Shown here piece after piece: positions 22,676-37,481 of a DNA stretch of 64,000 bases. A program made the translations under genes and the position numbers. Within the stretch, counting starts at the first letter, position 1, and every line of letters starts with the position of its first letter. The notes below the pieces were generated by a model. It worked only from the letters and a program-made list of their open reading frames with translations. It had not been told where the DNA came from and searched no databases. The DNA comes from Octopus sinensis (lineage: Eukaryota), in assembly GCF_006345805.1 (NCBI RefSeq), contig NC_042999.1, forward strand, positions 142,662,001 to 142,726,000, given 5' to 3'.

Positions 22676-23202
22676 AAAGATTGTGGACAGAAGCAGAACT
22701 TAGATATTGCATCTAGTATTATCATCTAACGGCACGGAGTGCATGAATAACTTGATGTTTGTAAGAGACTGAGGGTGGAGGTGTAGAAGAAAACACCGAA
22801 GCAAAAACACAAAAAAGAGTTTATCTAAAGAAAAAGGAACACGCCCCAATGGATGTCGGAGTGTTTACACGCGACGTTCCAGAGCAATTTCAGAAGTTCC
22901 ATCTTGTAAGAGGTGATCGGAGTGGAAGGTGGTCAAAGTCCTTTGGTGCCTTTATCTTACCTAGGTTAGGGTTTCCCTTCTATGTGGGAGATAATTATCT
23001 CTATTACATACGCGCGCGTGCGCACACACACGCGCATTCACACAAATACACACACATGCACACACGCACTCACCCACCCACCCACATCTACACACAAACA
23101 CACACAAATATATATGTGTACGTGTTTTACATGTTTTGTCAACTTTTTTGCACGACACGTTTTGTATTTTATCTATAGGCTCCTATGGCTAATAAAGAAA
23201 AG

Positions 23203-23204
<2 letters not shown>

Positions 23205-23244
<40 letters not shown>

Positions 23245-23262
23245 TAATAATAATAATAATAA
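23205..23262. repeat. (AAT)n microsatellite
   Basis: Direct reading. Confidence 0.95.
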
Positions 23263-23851
23263 CCTTTTGGAAAAAAATTCCTTCTTCAAATATTCATTTC
23301 CTAAACCAAATCAAAACATTTCCTTCGCCAACTCAATGTTGGTTTGTTGTTTTTCAAGCAATTACATTTTTTCTGAATATTTTATTTGCCTTATTTCAGA
23401 TTTAATAGAAAATACAATTCTGAATAAGATTTTGATTAAGGGTTTATATGGAAAACAAAATACTGGATTTTACGTGATCATAGCTAGCTTTATTTATAAT
23501 CAAAATAATTTCCGTATGCATATTTAGTTGGATTCCAAAAAAGGTAAATCTGATTTGGATTTCTGCAAAGTTGAGATGATCATATTGCCAATAAAAAGAC
23601 ATACTGGCCCAAGAAAAATTTCTCCTGAATTAATTAACAACAGAACTAAAATTGAAATGAACTACAACGTGTACATATGTTTATTAGCTGTGTGACCTTC
23701 TCAAAGTACAACAATATCAGTTTTAACGGTTTCAAGTTAAAGTTCTTGCAAAAACAAAACAAAATTGAAAACGAAATAGTACTACAACACGTTTTATATA
23801 AAATGTCCTAATGTTAATGGAACGTTGCCAATTCGGGATTAAACTCATAAG

Positions 23852-25582
23852 CAGTGGCGGCTCGTGTATAGGCACTGTGGAACTGCAGCACCCCCTATTT
23901 CCACTCGATATTATCGATAACATCTAATATGATGAGTACTTTTTTCTTTAATTCTTTCTTTGTACATGTACATTATATACTGCTTAAACTTAATGCCAGT
24001 AGCCATTCCCTAGTTTATGAAAACGCACGAAACTCCTTGTATAGAACTGTGCACTTCACAGTGTCTGGCTATTGTGCGCATGCTCACATGTCCGAGATAG
24101 AAAGCTGCACGCTAGGGAGTGAGAGCAGTGTGGTTCACGCAGTGCCGACCTTGGAGTGCTGGTGAAAGGTAGTATTTCTATTTGACTCCGCGTGTAGTGT
24201 GCTTAAAAACGTTTTTATATCCTTGAATGTAATAAAGTGTAGAATTAGATTATTATTCTGCTTCCAGCTACAGTGTTGTTGCCAGGATTTGAAAAATAGG
24301 GCATATTTCCCCCCCCCCCTTATTTTGTGATTTAGGTGGAATTTTTGAAAAACAAGGGGAATTCGCGGTGGTGTCCAGTGAAGAAGTAAAACACACTACA
24401 CAACAGTGTCTAAAACGCGAAACGATCAATTTTATGTATAAATATTCTTTTTATGTTTGTTTCCTTTTACACAATATTAAAACAACGAAAGACGGCGAGC
24501 TGGCAGAAATATCAGCACGCCGGGCGAAATGCTTAGCGGTGTTTCATCTGTCTTTACATTCCGAGTTCAAATTCCACCGAGGTCGACTTTGCGTTTCATT
24601 CTTTCCTGGTCGATAAATTAAATACCAGTTGCGAACTAGGGTTGATCTAATCGACTAGCCCCTTCCCCAAAATTGTCGGGCCTTGTGCCTAGAGTAGAAA
24701 GGAATATTTAAACAACAGAAGGCAGTGAGCTGGCAGAATCGTTAGCACGCTGGACGAAATGCTTAGCGATATTTCGTCTGCCGCTACGTTCTGAGTTCAA
24801 ATTCCGCCGAGGTCGACTTTGCCTTTCATCGTTTCGGGGTCGATCAAATAAGTACCAGTTACGCACTGGGGTCGATATATTCGACTTAATCCGTTTATCT
24901 GCCCTTGTTTGTCCTCTCTGTGTTTAGCCCTTTGTGGGTAGTAAAGAAATACGTATTTCATCTGCCGCTACGTTCTGAGTTCATATTCCGCCGAGGTCGA
25001 CTTTACCTTTCATCCTTTCGGGGTTGATAAATTGTGTACTGGGGTCGATCTAATCGACTGGCCTCCTCCTCCAAAATTTCGAGCCTTGTGCCTAGAGTAG
25101 AAAGGAATATTTAAACAACAGAAGGCGGTGAGCTGGCAGAATCGTTAGCACGCTGGACGAAATGCTTAGCGATATTTCGTCTGCCGCTACGTTCTGAGTT
25201 CAAATTCCGCCGAGGTCGACTTTGCCTTTCATCGTTTCGGGGTCGATCAAATAAGTACCAGTTACGCACTGGGGTCGATATATTCGACTTAATCCGTTTA
25301 TCTGCCCTTGTTTGTCCTCTCTGTGTTTAGCCCTTTGTGGGTAGTAAAGAAATACGTATTTCATCTGCCGCTACGTTCTGAGTTCATATTCCGCCGAGGT
25401 CGACTTTACCTTTCATCCTTTCGGGGTTGATAAATTGTGTACTGGGGTCGATCTAATCGACTGGCCTCCTCCTCCAAAATTTCGAGCCTTGTGCCTAGAG
25501 TAGAAAAAAAAGAATATTAAAACAACGGCTAAAACTTTTCTGAAGCGGCACCCCAACTAATTTGATCTACGAGCCGCCACTG
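23852..25582. mobile_element. Non-autonomous hAT DNA transposon
   Basis: Perfect 14-bp TIRs CAGTGGCGGCTCGT (23852-23865) and ACGAGCCGCCACTG (25569-25582). 8-bp TSD ctcataag/ctcacaag (7/8 match), the length typical of hAT. Confidence 0.85.
24491..25510 (+). mobile_element. Tandem SINE family B cluster including a 403-bp tandem duplication
   Basis: Marker ggaatatttaaacaacagaagg at 24701 and 25104; the two blocks are nearly identical. Confidence 0.85.
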
Positions 25583-25699
25583 CTCACAAGACACTACAAG
25601 GTCATCAGTGTTATCTTTTTGATATGTGGAAAGAACGACGAAACCATCCTCTGTGCACTTGTTCACTATTCACGAGATCAGATTGTGGATCTTTCATTT

Positions 25700-26338
<639 letters not shown>

Positions 26339-26463
26339 GTGATGGTAGAGAGAGAGAAGTTTCCTCTCATAAGTTTATTTCATGAAATGTCTGTGACAAT
26401 GGCAAATATAATTCGATTTTTGCCTAGAGATTAAACTGGAAGAAGGTACTGTAACTGGACAAG

Positions 26464-26533
<70 letters not shown>

Positions 26534-26569
26534 GAGAGAGAGAGAGAGAGAGAGAAATGCTACGTTCTG

Positions 26570-27150
26570 TGTGTTGTTTATGCATATAAGTTCTGGTTTA
26601 CATTTTTGTATTTGTCGTCATGTCTTTTTATTCTCTCTTGGTATCTATCATTATTGTTTCTATATCCATATCTTGTTATTTCGCTATTATTCTATTTCTT
26701 TCGGAAACATATATTGGCGTCCAGGAACTGAATCACCGTTTCCATCTTATATTTCTTTTCCTGGTGATGTTTGTCGGTAATATCCGGGCCATCTTTCGCA
26801 ATATTCCTGCCTGTGTGAATCGGTATAACGGTCACGTTGCTATTATCAGAGACCGCGTGAGGCGTGTGTTTGTACCATCTCTTATGGGTGCGTAGTCCAT
26901 AACGTATGAAACTTGAAACTCTATCATGTCAATTTACATTATTGCTTTTGGTCTGAACACAGTACAAAGGATAATATTTTTGTCACAGCATCCACATATT
27001 CTGCAATTATTTTTTTATAATCTACTTCATTATATATTTTGGGGTGTTGTAGCAAATCTTTGGTCTTATGCCGTGAATAAACACGGCTTTGAATTCTGTA
27101 AAGCGTTACACTTCCTCTCTGTCTGTGTGTTACTATACTCTTTGTACTGA
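26570..27150 (-). pseudogene. R4/Dong LINE C-terminal zinc knuckle plus RLE endonuclease remnant
   Basis: Minus strand gives NNCRICG and WYKHTPHAVSDNSNVTVIPIHTGRNIAKDGPDI (the RPDI-type RLE motif). Confidence 0.65.
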
Positions 27151-27449
27151 TAACTCTGCAATCAAATGTTCACTGTGCAATGAGGAATTTACTTAAAAAC
27201 ATCTCATTTACCTTAACATTAACCAATTTTCTTTCACTTCTTTTATACATTTCAGCTACGCGGTTGCGATCATGCTGGAACACCACCGTGGCTTTATAAC
27301 CTTTCAACAGTTCCCTTATGTGGTTGATTTTCTCACGGTGACGGGATTTCATATCACCACTCTTGCGTGTGCTTTTTTTTCTGGTTGTTGGCTCATTTGG
27401 TGTATGTAGGAGTTTGACACCGCCACACGCATCTGTACCTCTAGCTGTT

Positions 27450-28170
27450 ACGTTGATACATTTGGTATCATTGATAGGAGAATGTCTAGTTCCTCTTTGA
27501 CAGAACTTTAAATAGCCGTGAGCCTTTGAATCTTAAGCTATTATAGTACCTTGTCCCCACTTTTGACCGAGGGAACAGTACCGTTAATACTGCATAACTC
27601 TTGATGCCAAAGTTATCTACTAACCCTTCCAGAATTTTCTACACGTAAATTATTACATATCTCTTGCATCTCCGGTCCAGAGAATAAAGTTGTAGATTTT
27701 TCAACTTTTCCCAGTAGTTCATCTGCTGCACTGTGGCAATAATTTTAGTGCATCGCTCCATGCTCCGCTATTAGTTTGCCACAATGCGGTGACCACGGCT
27801 GAGAATAGTAGTCTAGACGGCTAATAACAAAGGTTTCCACAGGGTCGACCTGACTTCTTTATTCTCTTGTCCTGAAGGACTTCGGCACCCACCCTGCGAA
27901 TTATCTACACTTTGTTGCCAAGTTGGTAATGTACACGAAATGATGCGTCATTAAATACAATGATCCCTAGATCTCTCACTGTCTGTGACTCTAAGGCTGC
28001 AGTGCCTTCGGGTCCCGTATTTGCAGGCTATGATGCATTTGTGAGCTGATAGCACAGTGCTTGAAATTTTCATGAATTAAACAGCTTGTTGATTTGTTCA
28101 ATCCACTTGTATATTGCATTTAGGTCCCACTGCAAATTTGTGATATCGTCGGGGCATAATGATGAAGCTG
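27450..28170 (-). pseudogene. CR1/Jockey-group LINE 3' remnant
   Basis: Reverse complement aligns by eye with 63230-63850 (VRDLG, SRLDY.SQ.WSP and Y.NSL.F regions). Confidence 0.6.
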
Positions 28171-28189
28171 AGTGGCTGCATGAAATACA

Positions 28190-29847
28190 AGATAGGTTAA
28201 GAAATATAGAAGTTCAAGAAAACATAAAGGTAACTACAGAAATGATAAAAATGTAGTTAAGAAAATTTTCAAACTGGAAGAGCCCAGGACTCGATGGGTT
28301 CCAAGGGTATTGGAGGAAGAAGTTGAGAGGGATCCATGAAAGGATAGCACAACAGATAGATGAGTGCTTGCAGGAAGGCGCAGTACCCAGCTGAATGACA
28401 AAGGGGAAGACATTGTTATGTGCCAAGCATCCAACTTGCGACCAATAACATGCTTTCCGCTAATGTGGAAACTAATGTTAGGTGCTTTGGTCGGTGAACT
28501 GCAAAGATACTTGGAAAAAATTGGGCTGCTACCTAGTGAATAGAAAGGGTGCCGGCCGAAAAAGGTGCCGGAGAACGAAAGATCAGCTCTTAATTGATAA
28601 TCTAATTACCAGGAACTGTAAGAGAAGACATACAAACCTGAGCATGGCATGGTTTGACTATCGCAAAGCTCTTTCAGGCGATAACAATAACAACAACAAC
28701 AATAATAATAATAAATCCTTAATGAAAGTATGAAATATTGGAATACTGAATTGATCGGAGGAAAATAAAAAGTGAGCATCAAACATGGAACATCCAAGTT
28801 GATAGCTTTGCTTCTTTACTACTCGTATTGGCCATGACACCGCTCACTATGATACTACGAAAAGGTAAAATTGCTTACGATTTGGAAAAAAGAAATGGTC
28901 AGATAAATCATTTTCTTTTCATGGATGATATAAAGGTTTATGCGAATACTGAGAAACAGTTTGAAAGTCTTGTACATACTGTCTGCATTTTCTCAAATGA
29001 CGTAGGTATGGAATTTCGGGTCGAAAAGTGCGCTAGAAGAATGCCCCAAGTTGACACAGGAAGAATATAAGAAACGGAGGCACGATTAGGTTGTAAAAGT
29101 GTTACATTGAAAACAGTGCCAGGAATGGGGATTTGAAGCTGGAAACACATGGTACAATCACCGAGTCGAAAGAGTACTGGAGTTGGAAAACTGTAAGATT
29201 TTGTGGGACCTCTCTAATCAAACAGACAAGAAGTTAGAAAATAATAGACTGGACATAACAATTGTAGATAAGGAAAATCGAAGTTGCTTACTTATCGATC
29301 CATTATGCCCGTTTGATTCTAAAATCGTAAAATAAGAGGACAAAAAATATATAAAAAATACAATCCCTTAAAATTTGAAATAGGAATAATTTGGAGCATG
29401 AGAACAATAAAGGTCGTCCCTATAATAATTGGTGCGTAAGTCAAGATGTAGACAAATGGCTGAAAGAGATTGGATTAGAATGCCTTGTAGAACTTCTACA
29501 GAAAGTTTGTCTTCTAGGGACAGCAAGGATTATCAGGAGGGTTCTAAGCACTTGAAAGATAGCTGAAAACTTGTGGATACCTAAAGTTACAGGTAGCACC
29601 CGCTACCCACACAAATTCTACCAGGAATACGACTCAACCTGAGCCAGAATAATCAGGAAAGTATTAACTGAAAAGAACGGATAGCATGGTTCTGTAAGCT
29701 GCAGGTAGCAAGCCCGCGACGCATGCAAGACTCCAAACACCTTCAATACAGTAACCATCAGAGCATCACAACAAATCACAGCACATACCCAAGGCACACA
29801 GAGCTGTGCTCGGTAGTGAAGTGAAAGCACGCTATAAAATAAAACTA

Positions 29848-29894
<47 letters not shown>

Positions 29895-29940
29895 TAATAA
29901 TAATAATAATAATAATAATAAAATAATAATAATAATTATA
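28190..29940 (+). pseudogene. R4/Dong LINE remnant (RT plus RLE) ending in (AAT)n
   Basis: KSPGLDGFQGYW, DQLLIDNLITRNCKRRHTNLSMAWFDYRKA and NHFLFMDDIKVYA; RLE region NRLDITIVDKENRSCLLID. (AAT)n at 29852-29940. Confidence 0.8.
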
Positions 29941-29944
29941 AATT

Positions 29945-30280
29945 CCTCTCATGGCTTTTGATATTAACTGATTGAATCTCTGATCACAAGCAGAAGTAGT
30001 TGGGGTGCATCATATTCATGTGTTGAGAGAAATTTTGGGGGGTTTGAATAATTCACCTTTGGGATGGGCTAATCGACCAGAAGAAAATTCTAACTGGGCC
30101 CCACCTGCAAGGTCATGCGCTGTTTGTTTATCTTGATATGAAATTACCATGTCGCGCACATATGGTTGTGATGCATGTGTCTGGTGTACCCTTATCAGAG
30201 GGGTAATCATGATGGGTATATTGGGCTTCGTATATTTGTGTCCCAGTGTCACTTTGATGGCAGGCATTGCTCTTTCACTC
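29945..30280 (-). mobile_element. Unclassified interspersed repeat (family D)
   Basis: Reverse complement of 46365-46730 (catgaccttgcaggtggg, tgataagggtacac, tatacgaagccc). Confidence 0.6.
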
Positions 30281-30312
<32 letters not shown>

Positions 30313-30418
30313 TAATAATAATAATAATAATAATAATTGGTAATAATAATAATTGATAATAATAATAATTGATAATAATAATAATGATAATAATAGTAGT
30401 AGTAGTAGTAGTAGTAGT

Positions 30419-30468
<50 letters not shown>

Positions 30469-30520
30469 TAGTATAGTAGTAGTAGTAGTAGTAATACTGA
30501 TGATAATGACGATGATAACA
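30281..30520. repeat. Compound (AAT)n-(AGT)n-(AGC)n trinucleotide microsatellite
   Basis: Direct reading; explains the poly-L/poly-Y/poly-S ORFs. Confidence 0.95.
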
Positions 30521-30544
30521 ACTGGACAGGAAAACAAGAAAACT

Positions 30545-31770
30545 ACTAGCACCTAAGAATATGCACCACACAAAAACAGATGTTGATCGTGTCTACCTTC
30601 CTAGAAGTAATGGGGAAAGATAAATGATGCACGTAGAACTGTTCTATAAGACTTCCACAATAGCAAGGAACGGGTACTTATCTAGTACAGAGGATTGGAT
30701 GCTGCGGTTTGTATTCTAACACGAAAGCAGCAAAAAATCACATTCTATTGTCAAGGAAGCTTGCAAGTTCGCAAGGGAACTTGGCATGAACCCTGAATTA
30801 GATGAAGAGCCTGAAACCACTGCCACCAAAAAAAGCAAAACGGATCAAACACTGCAAAAAAGAAAGAGTAGACACAAATTCAGGAGCGGTGAAACCAGAA
30901 GCCTCTGCATGGAGAGTATATACTTCGAAGCCGAAATGCTGGTGTAGAGCAAGCAACAACCCATCAGTGGCTGAGAGGGTTTCATATTGGCTGCATAAAA
31001 TCAAAGTTTGCTTACCAAAAACTACCAAGCTAACGTTCTTCAAAACGGTTCTGACCCTAAATGCAGATTCTGCGACACATTTGACAAAACAGACCATTTC
31101 ATCTAGGGATGTCCTGTGCTGACACTAAACGAATACAGAAATTGCCACTATAGGGTAGATCAGTAATTACCTTGGAAACTATGTAAACATTACAAAATCA
31201 GCACTCCCGCTTACTGGTATGAACATCATCCTGAGTCAGTCGTTGAAGGTAGAACTGTCACTATCCTCTGAGATTTTCCAGTCAACACTGACAGTAAATC
31301 CAGGCTAATCGACCAGGCATAATTATTAAAGACAGGGAAGAAAATACTTGTAGACTAATAGATGTAAGTATTCCCACTGATAAAAATATATCTAAAAAAA
31401 TTTTGACAAATTAAGTAAATATAAGGACCTGGAAATTGAAATACGCAAGATGTGGCATCTTAAAGCAAGAACTTTTCCTGTTATTGTAGGCGCCCTAGGT
31501 ATGATAAAAAGGGGATGTCAGAAACATCTAGATAAGATCCCAGGAGAACCATGTCTCAGAGAAACCCAAAAGATTGTGCTGACAAATACTGTCTAGATCC
31601 TTAGAAATATCCTATCCATTCAAATGTCTGTATTGTATTACGTGATGATATTTCGCTACTGTCCCTGCCACTTCCCCTCCCCCAGCTTTCAGTCATACTG
31701 CAACACCTCTCACCCTGAGACGTTAGGTGTCTCTTGGCAACTGACTGTAACAAACATGCAGATTAAAAGT
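30545..31770 (+). pseudogene. R4/Dong LINE C-terminal region (CCHC plus RLE) and 3' UTR
   Basis: HHKKTDVDRVYLPR, PKCRFC, WYEHHPESVVEG, ANRP.II.KD, IDVSIP, KYKDLEIEIRKMW and PVIVGALGMI. Confidence 0.85.
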
Positions 31771-33010
31771 GAAATAATATTAATAATAACGTATAAAAAT
31801 ACGACAGATTTAGAAAAATACGTAATATTCAGATAAATCATGACAGGCCAGGGAAAAAATATAAAAATACTAATAATATTGTTTGATAAAGAAAAATAGA
31901 TGAGAGAATTGGACCAAGACCTGATTGACAAATCCCTAGGAATCAATGAAAGAGCTAGAAGAATATAACATGCAAATGAAAGACAAGGTTATGAATGAAT
32001 GTTATGGATGCCTTAGATTATATTAATACTAAAAGCAGATCTAACTGCATAAAAGAAATCCAATAATGTGGCAAGTTCCCTTGCTGAATTTGGAACCATA
32101 TTTCTCAAATTCTCAAAATTTCCCTATCCAGAACCACGAACTAATGTATCACCATAAAAGGAAAAGTATCGCTATAGAAAGTATTAACACCACACGTTAA
32201 CACCTTGACCAATCAGCATTGGCTGACTTATGGTTGATGCAGCAAACTATAAAGGAAATGTGCAAATTTTAACGACAAACAAATTTGCCCAAGATTCTAG
32301 AAGTGTGATTCACAGCTATAAAAGGTGGCAAACTCAATCTCAAATTCAGCTGTCTAAGGGAATCGATGTTACTTGTCTCAGTGAATTTGTCGCTTTCACT
32401 TCCATTATGTAACATACTTGTGTCGTAATTGCCAAAAGGCACCAACCTTGACTCGAAGTATCAAGAAAGGCACATTAATTACTCGCATATGCAGCAATTT
32501 AAATTCTGTGCACTACTTTCATAATATTATCTAGCAAGTTGTAATACAGACGATTTCTAACTGCTATGTTCGTTGAACATTGTTCCATTAATTTATTGGA
32601 AATACACTTGTGAATATAAACGATGCAGGTTAATAAAATATTTGAAAGCTCAATTAAATTTTACTGTGGTCATTGTCTTTACAGACAACCCGCCTAACAT
32701 TGTGAACAGCCAGCTAAGAGTATATGACTATCCAACACACTTAACAAGAATTTTCTTGGTATTCTACAACTAAAATATAGTTATTCACCCAACTGGACAC
32801 TAACTGAATTAGCATGACAAGACTGCCTGCCTTGTCTTACTAATTCAGAGAAATAATAGCAGCATTTAGGATATCCTATCCAAAAGCAGACAAATATATT
32901 TTCAGCGAATATCGCAGTCAGAGCTCTTCTGCAATAACAGGGTTAGTATAAAATATCTACTGCTGGGATATAAAATATTCAGTAAATAATGAAATTAATA
33001 CAAATACATA

Positions 33011-33425
33011 GGCGCAGGAGTGGCTGTGTGGTAAGTAGCTTGCTAACCAACCACATGGTTCCGGGTTCAGTCCCACTTCGTGGCATCTTGGGCAAGTGTC
33101 TTCTGCTATAGCCCCGGGCCGACCAATGCCTTGTGAGTGGATTTGGTAGACGGAAACTGAAAGAAGCCTGTCGTATATATGTATATGTATATAAGTGTGT
33201 GTGTATATGTTTGTGTGTCTGTGTTTGTCCCCCTAGCATTGCTTGACAACCGATGCTGGTGTGTTTACGTCCCCGTCACTTAGCGGTTCGGCAAAAGAGA
33301 CCGATAGAATAAGTACTGGGCTTACAAAGAATAAGTCCCGGGGTCGATTTGCTCGACTAAAGGCGGTGCTCCAGCATGGCCGCAGTCAAATGACTGAAAC
33401 AAGTAAAAGAGTAAAAGAGAGTAAA
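33011..33425 (+). mobile_element. Full-length tRNA-derived SINE family A
   Basis: A-box tggctgtgtgg, B-box gggttcagtccc, short internal (TA)/(TG) tract and 3' tail with aaagagt repeats. Confidence 0.88.
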
Positions 33426-34299
33426 GAGAGTACATATCAAATATGACCAAAGAAAAATTGTTTTCTGTCTTCAGGAAAGCCCCCTCCTCACTCCGCAAAA
33501 AAAAACAACTGAGGACAGTTGAGAGGAAAATGTAAAAACCACAATCTGGGTTATTTTTAAAAAACGTACTGTAAAAAGAAGCTGAAAAGGGGGCTAATAT
33601 CTGACAAGACCAAACAAAACGAAAATGGATAAAGCAAAAGAACTCAGCATTAGTCGTGGAGATCAGGATTAAGATATAAAGATTCCAACATAATTTGTCC
33701 CATTGGGGTATTTATTGAATGAAATTAAATGAAAGTGTTGTAAAAATAATGAGAAATTATTAGGGTCTATGATCAATGTCTATCAAAAATATATTAATAG
33801 AAACAATGAATTTCCAATATGTTCGTAAAAAGAAAATGTGTATATTTACCTGACAGTAACTTTTGCGTGTATGTTCTCTCTTTTGTCTGTATGTTCTCTG
33901 TTTTAATTATAGTGTAATCGGCAGATTTGAGAGATAAAATGTAACATTTCGAATAGTCTTATCAATTTTGCACATCTATATATACCTTCTTGTATAATGC
34001 TACGTCACATTAAAATCTCTTAATGAAACATTTGTGAATATATCTTAAAATCCATTCGTCTGTTTTACTACTGCATTACGCCCTGCGTATACTTCCATAT
34101 TATATTGGGTAATCTTGGATTTGCAGCATACTGATCTCCGGTGAACTTTCCTTTATCGATACATTCTTTGCTAGCTGACTGGATTGTTTTATTTGTTGCT
34201 TTGTGTTAATACTGTCTAGCCATCATAATGTGCTTCTGCCTTGATCTGCCTTGATCTGCTCAATACATTCCCATCAAATCTCTCACTATATATACGTAT

Positions 34300-34340
<41 letters not shown>

Positions 34341-36125
34341 CACAAGCAAAAGGCTGACTGTGTCTTCGAAGTTTGTTGATGGCTTGCTTGCCATCAACAG
34401 ACTGTTTTTCTGACTTTATATAGTTTTTAGCAGGTTGTTTCTATGGTAAGTAGATTTATGCAAATGAGAATTAAGTGATTTGTAGGTAAACAGGAGAAGT
34501 AGTTGTGTTTGAGGGAGAAGAGATAAGAGGCAAGTGTGAATATGTAGAATGCAGGTTGAGAGACAATATAGTGAAGGTTGTTATTCTGGTTTGATCGGGA
34601 AAATTTGTTATTGTTTAGAGTCTAGTCAAACGTAAAAATAAAAGGGTAAATAAGTGTGTTGTAGGTAAACAAGGGAAGTAGTTGTGTAGGAGGGAGAATG
34701 GAAATGTATGATGAAAATATGTATATGTAGGAAGCAGGTTGAGAGAAAGTATAATGAAGACAGTTGTTCTGGTTAGATTGCGAAAATCTGTTATTGTATA
34801 CAGTTCAGTCAAGCATGAGAATGAAGGAGTAAATAAATGTCATATTTATTGAGTTCATGATTTTTGTTGGTTGAAGTCTTGTGACAAATCAAGATTCTTT
34901 GTATATAAGTTTGGTTTTGCACTATTTTATGGTTCATAAAATAATGTTTAATATAATGCGCTTCGATCTGTCACACGGTGATGGTCAGATAGAGATTGAG
35001 ACTAGTGTTGCTGTTAGTAACTTTCCTTTATGAAATTTTATAATGGGTATTTACGAAAGTCTTGGATTTGAAAAGATTATGTTGCTACAAAATAATTATT
35101 GGGTTATTCCAATCTGTCTCTAGCGTGGCTGTTAGACAAAGGCTTGCATGTAACTGTATATTATTATTTATATATCCAGATAACTGCATAAGGATGTTTC
35201 ATATTTTCACAGACTTATCTGCCTATGAGGAGATACAAGCAAATAAAAATGTACATGTAACAATGTATGAACGTTTATGCATTCATACACTTGCTGTCAA
35301 AAATTACGTCATTGTAAAAGAAATAAGCTGAAAATTGTATTTAATGAATACGCGCGTTTCATATTTTTGATATCCTTTTATAGTAAGATTATCTATTTTT
35401 TTAAATACTTTCAAGGATTGAATCCAAAGAGAATTAATATATTGGAAGTTTTATATAAAGCAGTCTTTTTATTGAAATTAAAACAACAAAAGAACTTAAT
35501 TTAGTTGTTGAAGATTTCTGGTGAACTTATGCCGTTGCAAATGATAGCAATTCATACTGGTATTAAAAATTATACTTTTAATACAACACCCCACCCACCA
35601 GGCTTCTTCTTTCCTTGGCATAAGGAATTAAGAAGAAACCAGTGAAGTTCACTACACATAGATGAGTTACCTTGCTTCATAAATGAATGATATCGACTCT
35701 GAAAATTTTCGCCCCTTCGTTAGCTCTGTCGCGTGAGGAAAATTTAAGTAAAAAATAAATATAAAAAATAATTTAGGGTGAAATATAAATGCACACGTAT
35801 ACAGACACGCACACATACATACTTACACATATATACATACACACACACACACACACAAACACTCACACACATACATATACGTATATAAGTATGTGTGTGT
35901 GTGTATGTATGTGTGTATGTATGACTCACTACTCAGATTTTCTTTAAATAAATATTATTTCATTCCCCTTTCAGTATTGAGTAATCTGTTTATCTCCATT
36001 ACATTTCACACTAGTGTGATACCACCGTTTATCACACATACGCACAAACACATATGTACATACACATGCGCACACATACACGTGCATTCTAGAACTCACA
36101 TAAACACGAATACCATATTTGCACG

Positions 36126-36160
<35 letters not shown>

Positions 36161-36358
36161 TTACACACACACTTATACATATGCTACAATGTAGCTTTTA
36201 TTTAAAATACTGTTTGCAGTACTTACATTAATATTTCAAGCGTAAACTTGTACATCATTTAATGGATGAATGAAACTTCCGATATCTCTCTTAACAGACT
36301 GACATTTTGATTAAGAAATCATTAATATGCTCTTGTTTTCCTTCTCTCTCTCTCTCTC

Positions 36359-36393
<35 letters not shown>

Positions 36394-37342
36394 TTCTCCA
36401 TTTCTTTCTCTCTTTCTTTTGTAGCCAATTGTGTTCATTTATCGAAAAGAAATGTATTCTCTTAAGCTAACTGAACGATGTAATCGATTTATCAAGTTCG
36501 GGAATTTGACCTGGGGACCAAACCGTTTCATTGTACGAATATAAATATTTATGTTTTCATAAAAATTATTCGAATCTTTCCTATGAAGAAGTAGTCGATT
36601 TCTAACAAAGAAACAAAACTCCATCGCTGGAATTTGGATAAAAAAAAAAAAACGATAATTGATAAATGTTGAACTTTTGAAAAGTTTTACACACTTCTAC
36701 TTTTCTGCTTATAGATTGTATTTACAAAGTATATATTAGTTACTTCCTTTGCCTGAAAACTCGCTTTTCGAGATTGCCATTTAGACATTAGCTAACATAG
36801 CCGAGTACACCAATAAATCTAGATACTAATGTAAATTTATAATTTGGTTAGAGAACTTGCAGGTTTCGAAGTTACGTTGCCTGTAAATATTCTCTTTCTC
36901 ATTGATTTTGAAATGTTCACATCTGCGTAGTTTTTCTTTTCAGTCTCAAACAACTTTATTAATCCTGTTGCGTTTCTATTCGGCAGAAATTCTGATGGGA
37001 ATGTTTAACTAATATCCCTCGAGTTGGTAAGTATGTATGTATTCTCTAACAGAGGTAGTCTTCATATTTATCCAAGAACAATCATTCGGATGGATACTAA
37101 AGTACATTGTTTTAGCAACACCATATCACATTGGAACGTAGTATCCTAATCACATAATGACTTCCATAGAAATATGACATAATCGATAGTTTCGGTCGAC
37201 CCTTAGTGATTTAAATGCTTATCTGTTTATGTTGTTCAATAAGCATTTTGTAACTATCTCCTGCTTTCGTTTGGTAAAAGCTTAAGATTAGAAGTGAGGG
37301 CTACGGTCATTAGTCTAAATGAAGTTATTCTTCATATCAATG

Positions 37343-37481
37343 TGTTATGCAAATAACATTGATATAAAGAGCATACGCATTTGACAGGAAGAGGAAAAGA
37401 GAACGGCCATTCGGAATAACGTACAGAACTATGACTAAAAATTAGTTTCTTTGAACTAGGATTTACTGGTAATACATGACA
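37343..37481 (+). repeat. 5' LTR
   Basis: TGTTATGC...ACATGACA; TATAAA at 37363. Confidence 0.92.

Noticed and set aside
34483-34830. Diverged ~178-bp tandem duplication as a functional element
   Set aside because: Two old, imperfect copies with no ORF or structural motif.
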